Assembly (NCBI GenBank): GCA_012026655.1
Contig: JAAILG010000178.1
Coordinates: 1 to 64,000, forward strand
DNA: 64,000 nucleotides
From: Hydrolagus affinis
Taxonomy: Eukaryota
Direction of reading: 5' to 3'
Below the pieces are notes generated by a model. That model was not told the DNA's origin. It searched no databases and saw only the letters and a list, made by a program, of their open reading frames with translations. Below are positions 54,460-64,000 of this stretch, piece after piece; within the stretch, counting starts at the first letter, position 1, and each line of letters starts with the position of its first letter. A program made the translations under genes and the position numbers.

Positions 54460-54925
54460 ACCCCATCTCCCACATTCCCACCCAACTCCATTGGCTCCCA
54501 TCACCCAGAGCATTCAATTCAAGATCCTGGTCCTCAATTTCAAAGTCCTCCTCGGCCTCGCCCCACCCTTCCTTTGCGACCTCCTAACCTGCCTGCCCCC
54601 TCCGCTCAACAGGCTCTGGCCTGCTGCACTTCCCCCAAACCACCCACCCCACCACTGGCAGGCAAGCCTTCAGCCACTCTGCCCCCAACCTCTGGAACTC
54701 CATTCTCCGGTCCCGATGCCTCACCCCTTCCCTGGCCTCCTTCAAGTGCCGCCTCAAGCCCCTCCTCTTCGACGGTCCCATCGGTCACACCAAATCCCCC
54801 CCCTTTCCTTCCACCCTCTTCGTCCCCGACCCCAACTGGGGTTTGAAACAGTGACTGTCCAGCGCCTTGGGACGTCCTCCTGATGTAAAAGGTGCTGTAC
54901 AAGTGTCATTTTGTTGTTGTTGTTG
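54460..54925 (+). mobile_element. L2-clade LINE 3' fragment
   Basis: Frameshifted ORF2 C-terminal motif LHWLP-ITQSIQFKILVLNFKVLLGLAPPFLCDLL, then a 3' tail cagcgccttgggacgtcctcc..aaaaggtgct..(GTT)n. Confidence 0.85.
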
Positions 54926-56447
54926 GTTCAATTTTCCTCTGCAATGTTTTTGAAACCTCGGACTTCATTCTGTTTTTATTTTAAGATGGCATTGTCAACA
55001 AAATGTTTATTTCAAATATTGTGAAATTTAGCTACTGGCTCAACTGAAGATCCACTAACAGTGAAGGTTGCAATCCAACTCCCATCTCTTGGGAGTCACC
55101 AACATCAGAACCTAATCAATCCAATTGTTGGAAATGTTTACCTGAATGAAGATGTATTATTGCCCTACACAAAGCATGGTACCTTCCATTCCCAGATCCT
55201 ATTTAATTCGACCCCTCCCACGCTTTACACAATATCTTTGTCCCAATGCCTTGGATAATCAGTTAATTACTGGTCCATTGCCTAAGGAGTATGGAAACAC
55301 TGCAAATACTACAATGTGAATCAGACATGCATGGATAGCCTGATTAGAATCAATTGGTTTTAGAAATAGTTTTTGATTCCTATTTTACTCTGGTCAGCAG
55401 GGCATCAGACACAAGCATAAGGGACATCATCACCATTATTAAGGTATCCAAATCAGACAAGAGTTCCACAAATGTATCCCACTTACACACGGAGATTTCC
55501 CTGTGTCTGGAATGGGCACTCTTTCCCTTCAGGGATGCCCTGCTTACCTAATTCCAGAGAGTATTAGGTGTCGGGTGGCAAGAATCAAGGCCTGTGGTGC
55601 GGCTGGAGATAACTAGCTACGACTGTGCTGCTTGCCATTGAAAACATTGTCGGCACGTTTCCTGCTGCATGTCCATCCATTAGAGCTTTAGCTTGCAGGG
55701 TAAACATACACTAAACGAAGAAAGTTTGCCTCCAGAAATTCCCATGTTACGGCACAAATCGTCTCTCAGTGTGACATCGATTTATAATCTACACATGTTA
55801 GGATTCACAGCTGACTTGAGACATTTTCTTGGAGACCATTGTGAATCGTGTGATCTGTGATGAGTAGCTGCACTGCAGTAAGATATTCTTGAAGCAAGCC
55901 AACTCTGAAAAAAGTGTACATGAATCTGACAGCAGTATTTCCACCAGCCTGTTTGACTGTAACATTTCTGGAAGCCACATGCTGTCTGCCTAGGAGTATT
56001 GTAATGCTATGTTAATGCTATTTGATCTATGCCCCTTATGTCCTGGTTTAAGGTAGATGTTAGTATAATCAGTAAAAAAAACTGAATTCGTTGAAAATAT
56101 GGGATTCAGTTTTGTACTATCGACCTCAGTAGATTAGTTTTCTCACCGGATAATTGTTTTATGGAAGACTTTCTTTGCTGAAGTTGATGGGTTCAAAGAG
56201 AATATAGATTACAGGCAGTAATTGTTGAATGGCAGGTATGGGATTGAATGCAATAAAAAGGCCAAATTAATTGTAAATCCAACATTCCTGCAATTTCCCC
56301 ACACTAGTGGTCTTTCACAGTATTAACTGTTATATTAATGGCAGAATTCTTGATGACGCTTAACACCTAAATTGATAAAATTCTGCAGTTAAGAAGCAAT
56401 CTAGTGTAACCTTTCCATTAATCTACTGTCGCATTTCAGCTACTTGT

Positions 56448-56740
56448 GGAGTTCTGTAACTCAGTGGTTAGAGCACTTACCTCGCAAGTGGGAGACCTGA
56501 ATTTGATTCCCAGCAAGTTTCCTTATTTCACATGCCTCTGTTCACCTAGCAGTAAGTAGGAACCCAGTGGTAATAATTCTTTCAAAAAATAATAAATTGA
56601 TCACTGTTTGTGCGACACTGCTATGTGCAATTGCCTGCTGAATTTTTCCCCAAAAAGTCAATTTACTTTACAGTATATTATGTGAAACGCTTTGAAACGT
56701 CTTGAAGATGCGATAACTCACTAAATAGGATTATTATTAT
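56448..56740 (+). mobile_element. Near-full-length tRNA-derived SINE
   Basis: A box aactcagtggtt, B-box-like atttgattccc, central gcctctgttcacctagcagtaagtagg, Deu-like 3' segment, (TTA)n tail. Confidence 0.85.
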
Positions 56741-58590
56741 TCCTTGGCAACCATGTACATTTTAAAATATTGTTGCTGGTTATATTTTTTCTGATACTTT
56801 TTAGAACAATGCATAATTTATCTAGTTAGTTTATTTTTCATATTTTATCAGAATGTGTTTCAATTTAGTATTAGTTGCAAGAGTGCCCCCAAAGTATCAT
56901 GGAATAGAAATAATTTTGTTACCATTTCAGAACTTGCTTACAATGTGGAGAGAAGGAAAAATAATTGTAAATGGCATAAATCTGAAATAAAAACAGAAAC
57001 ATTTTGGAAATCCATAACATCTGTTGAGAGTGATGGGTTTAAAGTTCCATTAATTCAGAATGATTGTGCAATAAGAATTAGGATCTTTCAAATGCACTGC
57101 CTTTTGAATTATATCTGGATGAATGCATCCTTTGCAGCACAGTTTTGCTGTGTGTAAATTGCCTTACTGCACTACTGACTCTATAAGAAGTCCTGTAAAC
57201 TGCTTTGTTGTCGTAATAATTGCAATACCAAATTGCAAGGATTATTATTTTCTATTGATGAAAAATGACAGCGCAGGTAGGACAAAAGTGGTAATGGCTC
57301 TCAAAATTCAACACTTGAAGATCAGAAAGTTAAAATTTCCCTTTGCAGGATGAAGAGTGAAGAGGAGGGAATCTTTTCAATGTTTTACTTTCTAGGAAGT
57401 TTTATAGCTGGTGTTAAGCCTCCGTTGGACAAATTTGTGATCTTTCCCCATACTTTGTAGGCACCAAGATGACAAAAAGGTTAAGGGACAGCAAAAGTAA
57501 TTTTCTATACTTCCATTCTTTTCCTAGTTTCTAAACCATGTTGCTGCAGTTATTGAAGCATTGAGTAACGTAAATCTGAAAGTGCTTATTTGATCCGAAT
57601 GACAAAAAAAGTGCCCAAGCAAATGTAAACAAGCGTTTGAGTGAATTTAATTGAATACTTTTTCAGGAAATACACAGGACACAGTACAATCAAGGTTAAA
57701 GAATTGACATTAATAATAAAGATACTTTTTTTTATGAGCAGCATATGGCACAGTAAAAGGCTGTCGCTGTCTACTACTAAGCTTCAATTGCCGCCGTTCA
57801 CTTTATTAGCCTGAAGTGAGCCAGTGATTTAAGGTGGAACATTCAGTAGTGCAAAGGAGCAGCTGCTTCTAAGGCCATCATAACCACAATTTTCTAAGCA
57901 GTGCAGATGAGATTTCCAAGACTGAAAGCAATGTATTCAGCAGTCTTTGAAACATGTTCAGCTCTATCCAAAATCATAGCTCCGAGCATCTTGGCCCTAA
58001 TGTGCTGAGCACGAACAGAAGTATTCAGCAGCACCAGCCACAAGCTACAATAACTGACACAATTTGTTCATTTGATTTCAGCACAATTCATGGTAGCAGT
58101 GATAATGAATGACATGCTGAATAATGCAGTGTGACAAATTCGGAAAGTGCCTTAAATATTTCAAGACATTTCTAAGATCGGGGTGCATGGAATTAATTAT
58201 TTAGTTTGATACTGTAAAACAGGATAAATTGTTCCGACTTATGGCGCTAAGCCTTTGACGTCTAAAGCAGAGTCGCACAAAGAAAGTTTACATTGAGCCA
58301 AGGCGTTACAGCAACCTTCAGTTTGGGAGGTTTTGTGGCAAGACACTTTAGAAAATGACTACATTCGCAGGTTAACAAAACTTAGGCACTGAAAGAATAG
58401 CATTCATAGTTGTAGAGATTCTTAAGACACCCAACGTATATTGAGTGGGAGGCAAATCCTGAAGAGCAACTCTCCTGTTTTACAGTACCTTTGCATTGAT
58501 TCCTCTTTGACAAGCAATGCAGAATCACCCTCTCCTGTTGCGGCTGTTTGAAACATCCTTTCTTCATCATTTTCCGTGTTATAACCCGAT

Positions 58591-58806
<216 letters not shown>

Positions 58807-59583
58807 TTAAAAGCAAACTTTGACAACAACAACTTGCATTTCTATAGGGCAAAGGGCGGGAGGGGTAATCTGACCGAATGTGCAGCTAAAAACAAGATAA
58901 ACCTTGTTTTGTTTATAGAAGTAAATAATTTGAATGCAGCCTGGATATTGATTGTTAATGTCAAATTCTGCAAACTCAACAGGGGCAAAAGCATAGAATG
59001 AAACTACTCAATTGCTTTATTTTAGACAATCCACTCATTTGTTTTTCACAGTCAAAACAACAAAAAAGAGGAAATCTACCATTGTCACAGTTAATATATT
59101 TGGTTTATCAAAAACATTGTCTACATAAGAAACTTTTATACAACACCATTTTTTTAAAAGAAAAACTGTCCAAGAATATAATATTTGTGAATTTTCTATC
59201 ACTATACATGGTCGTCTAAACTGAGTGCTCATTGAATGAAGCAATATTTGATTTACAAGCAGCATATTTCTGACAGTGAATCCATTTACAATGATCCTTT
59301 ATTGGGAAGAGTTTCGAGAGACATTGTGCTAATGGCATTTCAATAATTTATCATTGGATTCAATGATAATTGGATTGAACATTTGAATTCCATGGCAAAA
59401 AAAGCTCCGGTAAATGTGCAATGGGCAGGAAGTTATGTCAGTGACAACCTACTGACCTGGAAGTCAAACACAGGAAATCAACCAGTTTTCAAAGTCGATG
59501 CACAAACAGCTGTCAATAGGGCCCTATTATAATGCAGATTACAATTTCTTGGACCTCAAAGGGTTCTACTGTAGTTAGAAAAC

Positions 59584-59930
59584 ATAATAATAATATTTCT
59601 TTCATTTGATATAGTGTCTTATCATGTGTTCGAGATGTCTCAAAAGTGCTTCATTAAGATATAGGATAAAGTGAATTGACTGTCTATTTTGTGGGCAAAA
59701 CGCGACAGCTAATTGTCTACAAGCAGTCATGAATTGAATGACCAATTTTCTTGGAAGAAATTATTACCCCCGAAAAAGCGAACCGCCAATCGACTGACAA
59801 CCAGGTTCCTACTTACTACTAGGTAAACAGAGGCATCTGGAGTAAGAAAACTTGACCTACATTTCACCCTGCCGGGAATCAAACCCAGGTCCCTTGTTTA
59901 TCTCCCGCAAGATAAGTGCTCCAGCCACTC
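59584..59930 (-). mobile_element. Near-full-length tRNA-derived SINE in TMEM179 intron 3
   Basis: Reverse complement of the same family: (TAA)n tail on the left, cctacttactactaggtaaacagaggca centre, gggaatcaaacccagg B box. Confidence 0.85.
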
Positions 59931-60215
59931 CAAAAACTTCGATTTATATAGTGCCCTCCATGCTGGACAGCGTCTCAGAGCGCTTCACTAAGCTACAGGA
60001 CTCCACAATATAGGGTGATAACCAACACAACAACAAACAAAATTATAGAGGGCCTTTCATGTCGGGAGGATGTCCTAAGGTGCTGAAACACCATGTGCAA
60101 TCTAAATTATTCTGTCTAACCAATTCGGTCAGCTGATGCGCTTTGAGACATTCTTCCAATGTCAAACAGCACTTTTATACACTTCACTATATCTTTACTA
60201 TATATCCTGTTGTCA

Positions 60216-60930
<715 letters not shown>

Positions 60931-61010
60931 TTATTCTTCTCACTTTTATTTACTCCTGTAGCACTTTTCATGTGTTAGGTGCTTGGATTTGCCGTTGATA
61001 AGTTTTTCTA

Positions 61011-61301
<291 letters not shown>

Positions 61302-61514
61302 TCAGAGATACAGCTCAGTCTGCATAGGACTGGAGCCAGTGAGCATTCTCCGCCCACACACAGCAGAGGGAGAGAGAGACGCAATAAAGCCCTGAGGAAC
61401 ATTACACTGTCCGTCCATGGCTTTATTTACAAAAGCAACGCCAACACTGACTGACTGTGATCACAAAACTCAGACCTTTCCTATGGGTGGGATTTGATTT
61501 TAACCCTCCATCTC

Positions 61515-61800
61515 TTGTGCAATCGGCTGCCGCGTTTCGCCCGCAAAATAAGACAGCCAATTAATTCCCTTTGCGGGGTGTTCCGCGAAGCGCTTTGAGA
61601 CGTCTAGACGACGCGAAGAGCGCTATAATACTACTCCTGTTAATAATAATAATCCTTACGTTTGATGTGGCGCTTTTTCACGTCTTCTAGACGTCTCAAA
61701 GCGCTTCACGGATCGCGCCGCACAGAGAATCGAACGTAAATTTCCGGGTGAAACGCGGCAGCCCATCCATCGCGCACGGCCGCGGATTGAAATGAACACG
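61515..61800. mobile_element. Inverted tail-to-tail pair of CpG-rich SINE 3' fragments in TMEM179 intron 1
   Basis: Perfect 22-bp inverted repeat 61587-61608 / 61686-61707 and 14-bp inverted repeat 61525-61538 / 61750-61763. Confidence 0.85.
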
Positions 61801-62080
61801 TGTATTATTCCCCCAACAAACAACAACAACAACCCTCGCCTTTGACACAGCGGTGTGACAATCCAAAATGCAAGGAATCCTCCTGATTATTGCCAGCACC
61901 ACCACCACCAATCACAACAGGAAACAACAACAAGATGGACATCAGCTTGCATTGACAAAGCAGCGTCCTCCCCCCACCCCCACCTCCCCATCCCATCTCC
62001 TCACCACCCCCTCCCCACACCCCACCCACCCCTCTCTCTCCTCTCCGTGGCTGGCTGGGTGGGTGGCCTTGACTACCTAC

Positions 62081-62382
62081 TCGTCGTGACCTTTGCAGAG
62101 GTAGAAGAGGAGCCTCCAGGCCTGGATGGCCGACAGGACCAGGGCCAAGAGGACGACGAAACTGGTGAAGCCGCAGGAGGAGGTGGGTCCCCACTCCTCC
62201 ACCACGAAGCGTTGCCTCTCTATCGTGGCGTTCACGTCCTGCCACATGCCGCGGGTGAAGAGCGGGCATCTCCCCTGGAACTGCCGACCGTTCTCCCACA
62301 GCGGCACCACCACCACCAAACCAGACAGGAAAGCCAGGAAATACAGCAGGCACTGGACCCACACCACATTGTTCAGCCCCAT
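62081..62382 (-). CDS. TMEM179: TMEM179 coding exon 1 (MGLNNVVWVQCLLYFLAFL...WRLLFYLCKGHD)
   Basis: ATG at 62382 in a strong Kozak context (accaccATGG). Translation resembles human TMEM179 N-terminus (MALNNFLFAQC..VVVVPLSENG..GRCLLFTEGMW..EWGP..LCKGH). Donor GA|gtaggt, 302 nt, phase 2. Confidence 0.95.
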
Positions 62383-62509
62383 GGTGGTTATTCTGTCTCT
62401 GTCTCTCTCTCTGTCTCTGTCCATCGGTCAGGACCAGACCCTTAATTAACCCTAACCCCCAGCCTTCAACCTCACCATCACAGACACACTGAAGCCCCCA
62501 GCCCTGCAC

Positions 62510-62605
62510 CACACACACACTCACACATTCACTCACACACACGCCTGCGCGCATACAATCACACACACACACACTCTCTCTCTCTCTCACACACACATAC
62601 ACACA
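62510..62605. repeat. Compound (CA)n/(CT)n microsatellite upstream of the TMEM179 start
   Basis: Directly visible. Confidence 0.9.
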
Positions 62606-63096
62606 GATTCACTCCCTGATGCTGAGTGCCTGTCTATGTTAAGCAGCCACCCATCCCTGACTGTGGGCAGCCTAGGTCTTTCTCTATTGACAAACTGTTC
62701 CCCTTTTGTTTCCCCCTCCCCTCCTCTCCTCTCCTCCACCCCCCCCCCCCAAATATTAATAATCATTTTTTTTTTGCATAATTTTTTGTAATGTTGTCGT
62801 TATTGGTGGGCACGATGGTCTGTTTCAGTGCTCTGTGTTATGTGTGCACATGTATATTTTCCCTGAAGGTCTGCAGGAAGGGTTCAGTGTAATGTTACTT
62901 TTCAACATCAACAACAGCGTGCATTTATATGGTGTCTTCATGTGGGGGTAGCGTCTCGGGGCACGTGAAATGTAATCCATGATCTGTACTGCAGCCTGTT
63001 ATTGGAAGATTATTATGATGATGATGATGATGGCTTCATTTCAGAATATCCAGCCTCAGAGCCCAGCTCGGTGATACCAACGGCTCCAAGTCATTG

Positions 63097-63404
63097 TAAT
63101 AATAATCCTTGCATTTGAAATAGCGCTTTTCCACATCTTCTGGAAGTTTCAAAGCACTTTGCAGAATATTCTGTAAAGTGAGTTGAATGTATATAAGTGT
63201 GGGCGAAACGCTGCAGCCAATTGTGCACAGCAGTGTCCCAGAAACAGTTACGGATTGAAATTTTCCATTTTAAGTTTTTTTTGAGAGATTATTATTAGGC
63301 ATGTGGAGCAAGGAAACTTGCCCAAGGATTTGCCCTGCCTGGAATTGAACCCAGGTTCTCTCGTTTGTAAGGCAAATGCTCGAACTACTGAGTTAAAGGA
63401 CTCT
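63097..63404 (-). mobile_element. Near-full-length tRNA-derived SINE upstream of TMEM179
   Basis: taataataatccttgcatttga tail ... ggaattgaacccagg B box ... ctactgagt A box, reverse orientation. Confidence 0.85.
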
Positions 63405-64000
63405 ATGGGATTATTGCTTAGCATCCGGGAAATAATAAGCCATAGGCTGTTTGTCTAATGTATACAATATTTATTCTGTCCTCTACGATTTCACAATTTT
63501 AAAGTAAAGTTTTAATTATCCCTGCATTTGATATTTAGCACCTCATCACATTTTAAATTATGAAGTTTAAACCTTTTACCTTAGGAAACACAACACACCA
63601 TCCCTCAGCACAACCCAAATATTCCTTGGACCAAACCTTAAGAAAAATGGGAGGAACCAGTGATAAAAGTACAATTTCATGTCATTTTCATGACCTTTCA
63701 TGTCATTTTCAAGTGAAATCATTTTAGTTTGTCTAGTTATTGCTGTGGAAAAAAACATGTCAACTATTATTTACACCAGAATAGATCTGTTTCCTCTCAG
63801 GTTGGACCTCTTTTCAGACCGGAAACTTGTCAGCTCTATAATTACCAAACCCAAGGAACTGTCCTGGTGCTCTATTAAGCTACTGATCCAGCTAACCTGA
63901 AATAATCCAAGTGTTCACTGCATCCACTCATTCAATCTACTGTCGGTACAGACAATATTAAAATCAGTGGTTGTCAGAATTCTGACAACATTTTTGCAAT

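Larger units (their letters stand above)
61500..62620 (-). promoter_or_regulatory. CpG-island-like 5' region of TMEM179
   Basis: Markedly higher GC and CpG density than the rest of the window, spanning exon 1, intron 1 and the upstream CA/CT repeats. Confidence 0.6.

Noticed and set aside
54391-54902. Pro-rich and Gly-rich ORFs of 98-151 aa
   Set aside because: They arise from the C-rich L2 3' fragment. Only the frameshifted L2 ORF2 motif is meaningful.
60068-60088. RE1/NRSE-like site in TMEM179 intron 3 (minus strand TTCAGCACC-tta-GGACAT)
   Set aside because: Spacer is 3 nt rather than the canonical 2, the right half-site is mismatched, and it lies in a common L2 tail.
61805-62602. 265-aa minus-strand and 196-aa plus-strand ORFs over TMEM179 exon 1
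   Set aside because: Alternative-frame shadows of a GC-rich exon extended by microsatellites; low-complexity translations with no family signature.

Overview
Eukaryotic genomic DNA, AT-rich with dispersed SINE/LINE fragments. The repeat content (DeuSINE, L2, CR1 and Penelope fragments) points to a cartilaginous fish, plausibly a holocephalan; this is inferred, not proven. Two spliced genes converge tail-to-tail at the right end. (1) TMEM179 on the minus strand: 4 coding exons, 62382-58591, 232 aa, all GT-AG. (2) A plus-strand gene that the ORF track only partly shows, reconstructed here as a C14orf180/NRAC-like tail-anchored protein of ~167 aa. Its well-supported exons are 49001-49142 and 54069-54268; exons 46282-46317 and 47415-47540 are tentative. 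It carries SILK- and RVxF-type PP1 docking motifs, a consortin-like C-terminus and a candidate MEF2/GATA promoter. The first ~45 kb has no recognisable protein-coding gene and looks like a gene desert with repeats and candidate conserved non-coding elements. Homology calls come from my recollection of human sequences and need confirming by alignment.
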